A DNA stretch of 64,000 nucleotides from Octopus vulgaris (taxonomy: Eukaryota), in NCBI GenBank assembly GCA_951406725.2, contig OX597822.1, positions 56,172,001 through 56,236,000 of the forward strand. Direction: 5' to 3'. Of the stretch, positions 14,085 through 26,361 are shown piece by piece (position 1 is the first letter of the stretch; every line of letters starts with the position of its first letter). The notes under the pieces are model-generated. The model saw only the letters and a program-made list of their open reading frames with translations. It ran no database searches and was not told the DNA's origin. The translations under genes were made by a program, and so were the position numbers.

Positions 14085-14285
14085 CGCGTGTGTGTATTTG
14101 TCCCCCCTTCCACCAAGGCTTGACAAACAATGCTGGTTTGTTTATGTCCCCATAACCTAGCCGTTCGGCAAAAATGATTGATAACATAAGTACTGGGCTC
14201 GATACATTCAACTAAATATTCTTCAGGGTTGTTCCCCAGCATGGCCGCAGTCTAATGACTGAAATAAGTAATAGATGATGTGTGT
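12331..14285 (+). repeat. Near-perfect tandem triplication, units about 650, 646 and 658 bp
   Basis: Units start at 12331, 12981 and 13627. They differ essentially only in (TA)n length and one or two bases, and each contains a SINE A copy. Confidence 0.95.
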
Positions 14286-15482
14286 GTGTGAGTGCGTGAG
14301 TGTGTGTGCGTGTGAACATATTTATATGTGTACATATAAGTCTGATTTTATACAGATGGATACATGTAACAGCTTTAATCAATATCATTTCTATATTATT
14401 AATAACATCCTCCTTTTACACATTACTCTCGTAAAAGCAATATTGAACCCATACCGCTCAACAGATGCTTATTTTATCAGCATCGAAAAACGTGAAAGTC
14501 AAAGCCGTCTTCGGCGGTAATTGAACACAAAACCATGGACGTTCGATTTTGTCTTGATTCGGACCAAAGGCTTATATTTAATTGCTGACAAGCTTAAGTT
14601 TTTGTAGTTTCACTCCTGGGTGCTGTTTATTGTTGACTTGATAATGAATGATAACAAATAAATTCCTGAGGAATTGAATCATTAATTCATAACGTCTTTC
14701 TTGACTTTGTATAAATATTTTCCGATATTTTTAAAAAATAGTTTAATTGGTATAGCTTTAAAATGCAACATAGAGCAGCACAATAGAAAATATCCTTTTA
14801 TACCACTTGCAATGCTAAAGCAATAAGGAAACTTATGAATCTATTGTTAGGTATTTCACATTCGCCATTATCGGTCAAATAACTTCTGTTTCAATTTACA
14901 CATTATGATGTGAACATTTCACAAATTATCTGTTCCCTGAAAAAGTAGTTTCGTTCATATATTGGGTCTTGCATTTTAGTTTAGTTTCAATGTTAAATTA
15001 GTCACACCTACTTTCCGATTATTTCATAAATGATAGTAATGTTCTGTGTTAAATATTGCAGCTTTGAAGTTGTGGTAAAGATACCAGCAGCATTTTTGTA
15101 AATTACGGAATCAGCTTTCTGTTTCAAATTTTATTGCATTAGGATTATACTAATTTTAGAAATCAAACAAATAGACAAAATAATTGAAAAAGCGTTATAT
15201 TTTTCCACTTGGACTAAAAGTTTTATATCCACGTGGAAATATATTGTGAATCCCATTACGACCTGTTTCCCAATAAATAACATATGGAAACCTCAGAGTG
15301 ATCATTTAATTTTTCTCAAAAAGGAAATAATTTTGCTTTTTAAATATATGAAATATCAGTAGTTTGTATGATCTGAGAAGGATGATTCGACTGGCAAGTT
15401 TAATTTTCACTGGTCCTAAATAGATGTTACGAAAAGATTTTCTTGCTGACCTGGGGCTAAATAATACAACCACCACCACTAT

Positions 15483-15706
15483 ATATTTCTCTATTGCCCA
15501 CAAGGGGCTAAACATAGAGAGGACTAACAAAGGGATTAAGTCGATTACATCGACCCCAGTGCGAAACTGGTACTTTTACTTAACGACCCCGAAAGGATGA
15601 AAGGCAAAGACGACCTCGGTGGAATTTGAACTCAGAACGTAACGACAGACGAAATACCGCTAAGCATTCCGCCCGGCGCGCTAACGTGTCTGCCAGCTCG
15701 CCGCCT
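15483..15706 (-). mobile_element. SINE family B
   Basis: Head aggcggcgagctggcaga..gagttcaaattcc and body gcctttcatcctttcggggtcg. Other copies at about 60437-60662 (-), 17604-17770 (-), 55355-55522 (-), 5558-5730 (-) and 44303-44520 (+). Confidence 0.85.
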
Positions 15707-16305
15707 GACAACCACCATCACTATAACCTCTTCATATCCAAACAGCAACAATAAAAATAACAAAACAAGTAGTTTCTAGGAGTTTCACAAGGTGTCATAC
15801 GACCTATTTTTAAACGAGATTTCTTCTGAATGATGTATAAATAGAAGGTTTTAACCATCCCGAATAAGTATAATGACATGAAGGCGCGTGACTTAGTTGT
15901 TACGGTATTTAGCTCGTGAACGTAAGGACGTGAGTTCAAATACCAGTGATGAGTTACGTCCTTCAACAAGACATTTTATTTCACATTGTTCCAGTCCACA
16001 CAGTTGAACGTGCACTACTTGTATTTCAAATGGCCAACTTCGTCACATTCTGTGTCACACCGAATCTCCCTCTGAACTACGTTAATGGTAAGCGTGTCCG
16101 TGGAGTGCTGGCCACTTTCACGTTATTTTCACGGACAGGACGTTCCGTTGATCAGATCAGCTGGAATACTCATTGTCGTAAGCGACAGTGTCAGTTGCTT
16201 AGTGAAATTTTACATCACTGAAAAAATCTGTACTTTGAGAACATTCGATAAATATTTCCGTGCATACAAAAAATGAGTAAAATTATTACTTTTGTCTTTC
16301 TTTAG

Positions 16306-16510
16306 ATCATTGATGGATGGGAGCTGAACAACCAATTCTTCCCCAGTCCTAACGATCTACCCAGGAATCTACACGATGAAAGATATTGTGGAATCAATAG
16401 GCCAAGACGCAAGTTCATTGCATCACAGAACGCAGCTCTTATTAACTTTTATGTCCCAATAAAAGGACAGGGTTTCACCTTACGGGTAAAATTCATCAAG
16501 AACTCATTGC
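16306..16510 (+). CDS. CRHBP: CRF-binding protein, internal coding exon (first one visible; phase 0 to 1)
   Basis: Polypyrimidine tract plus tttag acceptor and gtaagt donor. Translates IIDGWELNNQFFPSPNDLPRNLHDERYCGINRPRRKFIASQNAALINFYVPIKGQGFTLRVKFIKNSL, matching the CRF-BP segment VFDGW..FPSSQDHP..FC..SSQNVAMIFFRV..GNGFTL (human sequence recalled, not aligned by tool). Confidence 0.93.
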
Positions 16511-17129
16511 GTAAGTACCGATTTACTTATTTATGTTTAAGAAAATATATATACACGTATATTCAGATCTATGTAAGTATGTATGTACGTGCGTGCGTAC
16601 GTACGCATGCATGTATATACGTCATTATTCAGTTTTATTTCAAGATTTCTAGCCAATAGAAAAGAGGTAATTTCTAACCAAAATCCAAGGCTCTTTTATT
16701 GGAATTTCAGCATCAGCAACAGGGTATTTTTGTTTGTTTGTATGTATGTATGTATGTATGTATGTATGTATGTATGTATGTATGTATACGTGCAGATTTG
16801 TATGCTTTGTTTTATGTATGTCTTCCCATGCATATACTATATACTTGCATATCTAGACATGCTCATATATATTTAAATGATAAACTTCTAGAAAGTTTTA
16901 CAGATTTTTACAGTTCCAGTGGTGGATTGGATCTGTAGTCTTCGAATCAGCTTTCCCCTTTCTGGCTTTGGGAAGCCTAATTTTGGCAGTATGTTACATA
17001 TCCCAGTGCACCTATAATCCTCAGTGGTCCTAATGTATGTGCGTGTGTGTTTGTTTGTATGTATGTATGTATATATATAAGAAATTGGTATGATAACAGA
17101 ATAAACAATTACGCTATGAACTCATACTT

Positions 17130-18160
17130 GACTGCTTGAGTATCAGCTTATAGCTTCGTCGGAGCTTCAAACATGAACTGCTTTAGGGTGATACTCTTGC
17201 ATTCGATTATGAGTATAAGGCACATTTTTCTCTACTGAGGGAAGGAACAGAAAAGTTCACTTTTACAGCTTATAGATGGCTGGATTGGAGAGTTCCTTTT
17301 CTCAGTTAAGCAGAAGTAACACATCCTACTGCAGCTAAAGTCTTGTTTACACTTATCGAGTATATTCCACTTGATGTCACATTGTGCAATGTTCTCATCC
17401 AATGTCCATGTATGCTTCACCAGAGATGTGATATTTTGCATCTCTTAGATTCTAATGGAGCGAGAGATGTGAATAAATATGTGAGCGTGACAGGAGGCCT
17501 ATTCAGAGATCGGTTAAACAACAAATCCTCGTTTAATATCCAAGAAATACTAAATACCACATCCCTGGCGAAGTATACATGGACATTGAAGGAAAACACT
17601 GTATATTCTTTTCTACACCAACACAAGGCCCGGAATTTGGGAGGAGGGGATCAGTCGATTAGATCGACCCTATTACGCAACCGGTGCTTAATTTATCGAC
17701 CCCGAAAGGATGAAAGACAAAGACGACCTCGGCGGAATTTGAACTCAGAACGTAAAGACAGACGAAATAAAAACACTGCATTTTTCTTTTTCTTTTTTCT
17801 TCTTTTTTTCTTTTGTTTTCTTTTTTCTTTTTTTTCTTTTTTTTCTGCCTTTAACCATCCAACGCGGAGTATAGGCCACTTATAATTGAATCCCATGTCG
17901 CATAATGTTTCGCTTCTGTACTTATACTCTGCCATGAATGCCCTCCTTCCATTAGTTCCTTTTGTGTTGATCTACGCCACGAGTTCTTAGGCCTACGACA
18001 TAAAGTGGAATATATATAAGTGTAGGTATTACTTTAACAGCAGTAGGATATGCAAACTCTACTTAACTGAGAAAAAGAATATCTTAACCCGGCCACCTAT
18101 AAGATGCAAAAGCGAGGTTTTCGGCTCCTTCCCTCAAGAGTGCAAATTTGCCTTATAAAT
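17130..18160. mobile_element. Penelope GIY-YIG C-terminal remnants in both orientations, interrupted by a SINE B
   Basis: Minus 17232-17441 reads TSLVKHTWTL..DIKWNILDKC..MCYFCLTEK. Plus 17450-17600 reads KYVSVTGGLFRDRLNN..TSLAKYTWTLKE, and this continues at about 17995-18160. Confidence 0.7.
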
Positions 18161-18383
18161 ATTGTCAGACCGCGCTAGCATGACGTTTGCATATATAGAA
18201 ATACGTAGGGGCAGTGGAGGGCCACATTACGACTAGACTGGATAGTTATAGATTTTCTTTTAGAGTTCAGGAAAGGCGTAATGTTACAACTTTTGCCAGC
18301 TATATATGGGGATTGAAACAATATGGATACATCCTGGATTTAGCCATAATGTTGCAGTATATATTTTCGGGCGTATATTTATA

Positions 18384-18550
18384 GGCGTAGGAGTGGATGT
18401 GTGGTAAGTAGCTTGTTTACCAACCACATGGTTCCGGGTTCAGTCCCACTGCGTGGCACCTTGGGCAAGTGTCTTCCACTATAACCTCGGGCCAACCAAA
18501 GCCTTGTGAGTGGATTTAGTAGACGGAAACTGAAAGTCCGTCGTATATAT

Positions 18551-18586
<36 letters not shown>

Positions 18587-18808
18587 ATATGTCCGTGTGT
18601 CTGCGTTTGTCTCCCCAACCGATGTTGGTGTGTTTACGTCCCCGTAACTTAGCGGTTCGGCAAAAGAGACCGATAGAATAAGTACTGGGCTTCCAAAGGA
18701 TAAGTCCCTGGGTCGATTTGCTCGACTAAAGACGGTGCTCCAGCATGGCCACAGTCACATGACTGAAACAAGTAGAAAGTAAAAAAGTAAAAAAGTAAAA
18801 AAGTAAAG
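18384..18808 (+). mobile_element. SINE family A, near full-length copy
   Basis: Same head, body and tail as 5022-5451; (AAAAAGT)n tail. Confidence 0.9.
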
Positions 18809-19046
18809 ATGAAATAGTTTTCTTTATTCTACATTTGTATGTGAATATACTTTTGTATTTTATAATGCTAAGCATGCGTATACATGTAAAATATGTGTAT
18901 TGAAATGTTGAAATAAACGATACTACATAGAGAAGATTACAAAACAGCTTTAATTATATGGAAATCATAAAGAAATCTATAGTCACCTCTCATACTTCCT
19001 GATTTTATGATTAAAGGTGCGTGTGTGTGTGTGTGTGTGTGCGTGC

Positions 19047-19111
<65 letters not shown>

Positions 19112-19440
19112 TGAATGAATTCTTTATCCAGAGATGTAAGTTATGTAGGTAATTCAGAGACAAAGACACGCTGCTCAACCGGACAGCATTCCACTGCAGG
19201 CTTAACTACCAGTTTCCTCTGATGCTGGTTTCTAAGTCAATTAGCATAACCTGAAATGAAAAGCCGTGTTCACGAAAGCACGACACTCTGTCAAATCAGG
19301 AATCGAACCTATGCGCTCACCATCTTTAGTCAAATGACATAATCGTTTGCCAATATATTTTCTTGAATACTTCAGGCTAGATATAAGATAAATGATCGTC
19401 TATGCTATTCCTGAAAAAGATTATTGTGTACGGCATTCAG

Positions 19441-19740
19441 CATGTATGCATGTATGTATGTATGTATGTATGCATGTATGTATGTATGCATGTATGTATG
19501 TATGTATGTATGTATGTATGTATGTATGTATGCATGTATGTATGTATGTATGTATGTATGTATATATGTATGTATGTATGTGTGCATGTATGTATGTATG
19601 TATATATGTATGTATGTATGCATGTATGTATGTATGTATGTATTTATGTATGCATGTATGTATGTATGTATATATGTATGTATGTATGCATGTATGTATG
19701 TATGCATGTATGTATGTATGTATATATGTATGTATGTATG

Positions 19741-19774
<34 letters not shown>

Positions 19775-19935
19775 TGTATGTATGCATGTATGTATGTATG
19801 TATGTATATATGTGTGTATGTATGTATGCATGTGTGTATGTATGTATGCATGTATGTATGTATGTATGTATGTATGTATGTATGTATGTATGTATGTATG
19901 TATGTATGTATGTATGTATGTATGCATGTATGTTT
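19441..19935. repeat. Long imperfect (TATG)n microsatellite
   Basis: Directly visible; source of the spurious MYVC/HTYI ORFs. Confidence 0.97.
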
Positions 19936-20066
19936 ATATAAGAGCGAGTGCAATACATAAATATATAGTGCGTACAAACATATTGTTATATCTGATCACT
20001 GCTCTATTAGCGTTTCTTAACTATATCTGCTTGTTTACGTTATTCGCTTCATTAATTTACTTCCAG

Positions 20067-20236
20067 CTTGCAACGTCATATCAATTACGCACTCAGGAAC
20101 CTACACACTAAAAAACTACGGTATCAAAATGAACTGCAGTTTCTCTTTCATCTTCCCATCTATAATCAAAACAGTGGCTGTAAACGTGGGAATTACGTCG
20201 ACTATGAACTTCATCAATATACCCCAACGCCGTGAG
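20067..20236 (+). CDS. CRHBP: CRF-binding protein exon (phase 1 to 0)
   Basis: ttccag acceptor, GAG|gtaggt donor. Joins the previous exon in frame (C|CT = Pro): PCNVISITHSGTYTLKNYGIKMNCSFSFIFPSIIKTVAVNVGITSTMNFINIPQRRE, compare CRF-BP PCNVISQ..GKFTL..RNCSFSIIYP. Confidence 0.93.
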
Positions 20237-20299
20237 GTAGGTTTACATATGTTCTGTTTCACTCTCCTTCTTTCTGATTTTCCCTCTCTCTTTCTCTCC

Positions 20300-20337
<38 letters not shown>

Positions 20338-20399
20338 TCCTTCTTTCTTTCTTTTTATATATGTGTGTACGTATTTTTGTTAAATGTGATTGTTTCATA

Positions 20400-20795
20400 T
20401 CTTTATATATAAAAGTGAGGTTGTGTGAGTGTCTGTCTCCTACGATTTAGATTCCTAACTACTCCCACATTTTGCGGTGCAGTTTAACCAAAACCGGGTA
20501 TCTTATAGTCGTGATTCATATCGAGCCCTTCTGGGTATTAGCGCGCGTCTACGATGAGTCTACGATTTAAAAAAAAATTACCATCAATTTTTCCCATTTT
20601 TAATGCATTTTTGGCATATATAAGGGAAGTAACTCTCTAAAAATTTATTATTAAATCTCAGAACGTAAAAAGCTACAGTAACACCCCACCTTTGTGGTTA
20701 GCCATATTGAGATGGCTATTATACTTTACATCTCTAAAAATGCTTATATAGTTATTTCCCTTACAAACCCGAGCAACGCCGGGCGATACTGCTAG
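20400..20795 (+). mobile_element. Non-autonomous Helitron
   Basis: A|TC 5' end, subterminal hairpin cccgagcaacgccggg, CTAG|T 3' end, no TSD. Confidence 0.8.
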
Positions 20796-21424
20796 TTACA
20801 AAATAAAGTGACTCTTAATACATACTTATTAGTTGCTATTTAGCCAGGCGCTGACGTAGCTGTGTAAGGAGAAGCGTACTTCACAACCATGTTCCCTTGT
20901 ATCCCAATCACACTGCGCTGGAATTTGGATGATACCTTTTTTTCTATAGCCCCGGGAATTTTTTTACGTCCCTATAACATTGCAGTTCGACAAAAGACAG
21001 AAGAAACCGAAAATATGCACTGGAGTCCTTGAAGGGTTTAGGTGAAGCAAGTCTAGTGTGGTTAACCTTTGGCTTAGTCACAACTCTGTGGCTGTAACAA
21101 GTAGAAAAGATTAACGTTTTAGTATTTGCGTTTTAAGAATTAGTAAGGATTACTGGGTAGTGCAAGGTTCAAGTAGTTGATTTTCTTTCATCTCTTCTAT
21201 CGTCTTAAATGGTAATGCCATTGGCTTAATTAAAAGTTTGTAAACAAAACCAAGTCCTCGGGATAAAACTCCGGATAGGGATGCGGAAGTCGTGTCCTCA
21301 CGCCATGACAAAACGTCAGAGAAAACGAGTGATCGGTGAGCAGGCAGGTGTATTTTCATAGTGCAGTATTCTAACTAAATATGCTGTGTTGCTATGCCCT
21401 TTCATTTGTCAATTCGATTGTGTG

Positions 21425-21458
<34 letters not shown>

Positions 21459-21588
21459 TTTATCAGGAGGTCGGCACGAAAATAAAATGCTTATCTATGT
21501 CTCATGTAGATTTACATCAATGTCATTGGAATGAATCATGAATCATTCTGCTGTTCGTCTCCATATCTATTTTTCTTTACTTTTGCAG

Positions 21589-21645
21589 AGTCTCCAGTCG
21601 TTTTTTAGGAAACAGCTCACCCCATCCCTGAAATATAACAGCCAG
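21589..21645 (+). CDS. CRHBP: Probable 57-nt symmetric micro-exon of CRF-BP (SLQSFFRKQLTPSLKYNSQ)
   Basis: Strong acceptor (ttttctttacttttgcag) and CAG|gtaaag donor, 19 open codons, phase 0-0 compatible with both neighbours. No homology support for the peptide itself. Confidence 0.6.
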
Positions 21646-22982
21646 GTAAAGTAATGGTATTATATTCTTAACTGCTGCATTTTGTAAGTAATTACTTGTA
21701 AATACATGTTCTAATTGATCGTGGAATCATATTCATCCCCACTGCGGAAAGTTAGGTAACTCCTATACACCTATACTATGAGATAAGAAAAATCAGCGAT
21801 GTGTTGCAACGTGTAGAGCTACGGACAAAATACCTATGGTATTTACTAATGTCGCTTTGCGTTCTAAGATTAAATACTACTGCTGTTATATTATTGATAT
21901 TCATCCTTATAGGTTTCAGTCAAACACATGTGTAGATACGAGAAATTATTTTCTCTTTTAGACTGGATTTAAACAATTATATTCCCTTCAGTATAAGTGA
22001 CAGAATCTCTACACCGTCAGAAATATAACTTGTGGTGTTTAGTTGCGTCACTCGATTTCCGGTCGACTATGCATTTCAGCTTTCCAGAGTCGATTAAATG
22101 AATACTAGTCAAATACGAGGATCGATTTAATGGACTTCTTCCATACTCCAAATATATCACATTATGCTATAAATCAGTATTAATCTCTTAAAAGAATGTT
22201 GCAGAGTAAAAATTATATAATTCTGCTCCTTTAGGATAATATATCGAAATACACGAGTGTCTGATTGTGTTTCATCTTAGGCTACAAAATGCACAATGTT
22301 CAATAGTCTATCGGTGCTAATGTTATAAATTATTATTAGAGTTAATAATGTAGTGGTGGAATTGGCAGTCTTGAAGAATTCCATTTACGCTTCTCAAATC
22401 TAATTCAAAGTGTGAGCAAAATGCTGTATATAAAAAAAGTTCTTCAATTGTAGTATGGATCTGGGGAGAGGTTTACTTATGTGAGATGTTTTTGTTTTTT
22501 TTAGTATTTTCAGTATGCTGTCATATTGCGATATTAATTTAAATTTTGGTTTTGGAGTTGACAAGACAGTTAAACAGAAATGACATGGGATTAAAATATT
22601 CTACGAACAATTTTTTAAAAATCGTGTATCACTCGAATAACATATGTTTAAAACTTTGCAAGTTTAAGAATATCTATAAGATAGAACAAAAATAGAAAAA
22701 CATCAATTCATATCAAATCCCGTTTGAACCGCAAGCAAAAATACACTACAATATTATTTTGGATAACGTCAAGAACATCGTCAACAATCTCAATATTGAA
22801 CACAGAACTAAAATCTTAATCCCACAAGGAACCACATATTACGTTAAAATACATTACAAAAGTTTCTAAACTTTCTACTTCTAGATTCAAAATCAGATGT
22901 TAATAAAGTAGCACACTTTCAAGTTGAACAAATAAATGCGCGCGTCCTTGGTTGATTAAGTTCTTTCAAGTGTAATTCTCAA

Positions 22983-23374
22983 TCTCTCTATATATCAAGC
23001 TGAAGTTGTCTGTGTATGGCAGGTCTGGTAGCCTTCAACTAACACTATCTCCTCCGAGACCTTGCGGCGCAAGTTGACGAAAACTGAGAGTATGATAGAA
23101 GAAAGCTTGCTCTTCCTTCCGTAGAAGAAAAAATTCAAATCGGACCATGTTAGCACCAAAAATTATTTACATCAAAAAGGTGCTTTTTTTCTATAAAAAT
23201 CCCTATTTTTTACGATTTTTTGACTGCTGTGTCGCAATTTTTCGGTGTATTTCAACCAGAAAAATGTTCACTTAAAGAGAATAACAAGCTACATAATTCA
23301 TAATTTTTACTTTTCAAAACTTCCAATTCTAAAGAGTCGAAACAAACCCGAGCAGGGCCGGGCAATACTGCTAG
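22983..23374 (+). mobile_element. Non-autonomous Helitron (same termini as 20400-20795, different interior)
   Basis: A|TCtctctatatat 5' end, hairpin cccgagcagggccggg, atactgCTAG|T 3' end. Confidence 0.8.
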
Positions 23375-23764
23375 TACATGATATAAATGTAGAATGGTTG
23401 ATATTGTTTATTGAAGAGCTTACACAAATATTGTTTCACACACATGGGTTTTATGATTTCATTATTATTATTTTATTTTAATTTTGGGAAAAAATAAATT
23501 ATAAGTTTGAAGCGATCATACAAAAAGCACTCAATCTATATACGTGTTTGTGTGAAGAGAGGAGGTACGTGAGTGAGAGAGATTTGATTTCTATGTACAA
23601 CTGAAAAAAAAATTTTAAACGATATTTACAAGGTTTACTGGAATAATGTATCTGTAATTTGTCCAGATCCTTTATTACGGTTTACGTAAATTATGTTGCA
23701 ACGTCAGCACCAATTCACATACATACATACAATATATACACATGCATACGTATATATACGTACA

Positions 23765-23819
<55 letters not shown>

Positions 23820-23885
23820 CATACATACATACATACATACAAACATGCATATATACATACAATATATACATATGCATACGTACAT

Positions 23886-23949
<64 letters not shown>

Positions 23950-25182
23950 CAGAAGATTGGTAGAAGATAGTCACTCGACTGGTCTTAGAAATGTTTGTAG
24001 GTTCCCCGCTACGTCCGTGTGTTAGTATCAATGTTTGGCGTCGTAAGTTAACACTGACACAGTTGACCGAACATTTTTAGTAATACTACCAAACAATCAA
24101 TGCTCTGAATGCTTCTTGTTTGTTGAGAATGAACGCGATTAAGTTTTTAAACTTTTGTATGTTTCCCGCTACGTTCGTTTCGTTAGTGACATTAACGCAG
24201 TGTGCAGTTCTTGATTTTTCTGCAGTAATTCGTTGTTTTTTTTTTAAGCTTGTCTGAAGAAGTACATCATGTCAATTGCCAGCTTATTTGACCTAAACCT
24301 AGGTTAAGACTCAATCACCCTAAGTTTATTAGCAAGTTATACCTTCTCTGACATTTTTGAACAAATTCGTGAATTCAAGAGTCAGTATACAAAACAGACG
24401 GAAGGTTTTCAGCTGGCAGTTTTGTACGATCAGTAGACAGAATTGGAGATGAACCAGAGGTGTGTAGCCAATAGCCTCTTTTTCCAGCCCATCATACTCT
24501 TAACGACTTACCTACTTGTCATATTAGATAAGTACATTCCAGATAAATTCTCTTTTTCGCTGGCCATTCTCTCTCAGTTACCCACATTCATGTGTTATGA
24601 TTAATTTCAATGTTGTTCTCAGCAGATCAATCTCAATACCCCCGGTGAAGCACTCCAAATACCTCATTCGAAACAGAATATGTTGCCTTCCTGAAACACA
24701 TCACATTATCTGTGGTATTCATATTTGGCAGAATAGCGTCTAATATACATGAGAGTTCGTATCTTCTTTCCTCATTATTGAATGATTTTACAGATACAGG
24801 CTAAGGAGCTTTGATATTGTAAAATCCTTATTTACCCGAATTTTAAAGACGCAAATAGTTCAAACATCAACATGGAATAATCGAGTGACAATAAAATCCT
24901 TTCTATCACATTTCCTGATGATTGTGTAATAAATTATTTGCAAGTCCTTCATATTTTATCTTTTACTGGTTTCAGTCATTTGACTGAGGCCATCCTGGGG
25001 AACCACCTTGAAGGGTTTTAGTGGAACAAATCGCCCCACAAGACTTATTTTGTTTAAACCTGGTACTTATTATATCACCCCTTTTGTCAAACCGTTATGT
25101 TACATAGCCGTAAATACATCAACACTGGTTGTCAAGTGGTGGTACGAAACAAACACATACACTAAGGCACACACACACACAC

Positions 25183-25232
<50 letters not shown>

Positions 25233-26000
25233 GGCAGGCTTCCTTGATTTTCCTTTTCTGAAATCCACTCAGAGGGCTTTGATTGGCCCGATGCTGTAGT
25301 AAAAGACATTTGACCAAGTTTCCACGCCCTGAAACTGAACCCGGAGCCATGTGGATGGGAAGCAAGCTGCTTAATACACGGTCGGTTATTTTGATATTGA
25401 AAACTTGTGATAGACAGGTCAATTCATTAGGAAAAAATAGCACACATGATTACTATTAATTATTCTCACACTGCACTTGCCTATTACATAAGATCAAGTA
25501 CCCTTGCACTGAATTCGGTATGTCCCAGAAACTTATCAGTTTGAAAAGCATTTGAAATGAGAGACGTAAGCTATACAAATACGTCTATTTTCGTGTTTGT
25601 TGAATAGCACCTTAGCAAGTAAACCGAGATCCCCGTCGTAATACGATCACTTGGATACAATTGATCGAAGCTTCTTATCTACGTAAAAATGAACTTAGTT
25701 ATATATATAAACGTATATAATATAAATACGCTTTTATTTAAATCCAACAATGGTCGACCTACTTTCATTTTCTTCTTTATCTGTTCAATAAAATTGGATC
25801 CTTCTCCAAATATTTTAGTTGGCTTATTGCAAGTAGACGAGATATTGTGAGCAGCAATATAAATATCATATGTACTAAAGATGTTAGACAAGAAAGTCTT
25901 TCTTCAAAAAGATTGTTACATATATATGTATATGTATGTATATGCATATATATATGTATATATATACATATATATGTATATGTATGTATATGCATATATA

Positions 26001-26086
<86 letters not shown>

Positions 26087-26179
26087 GTTGATTAAACAAA
26101 TAAAGAATATACATGTATGTGAATATATATACACATATATATAGCACATACATACATACATACATATATATACATATAC

Positions 26180-26221
<42 letters not shown>

Positions 26222-26361
26222 ATGTGTGTGTGTGTATATTTTGCCGAACCTCTATGTTACGGAGATATAAACACACAAACATTGGTTTCTAAGCGATTGG
26301 GTTGGGGATCTTAAGCACAGAAACAAATACACACATAAATACGCATATATATATATATATG

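Noticed and set aside
12331-14285. CRISPR-like or coding tandem array
   Set aside because: The units are whole 650-bp duplicates without unique spacers, in a eukaryotic context; their ORFs are SINE and microsatellite translations.
1-16305. Search for the 5' CRHBP exons (signal peptide and first Cys pairs)
   Set aside because: By eye I found no AG..GT-bounded segment with CRF-BP similarity. They probably lie upstream of the window, though a short exon could have been missed.
24245-24310. ctgaaga..aaacctaggttaagac hammerhead-like string
   Set aside because: The GAAA box and stem II are not intact, so it cannot be supported as a ribozyme.
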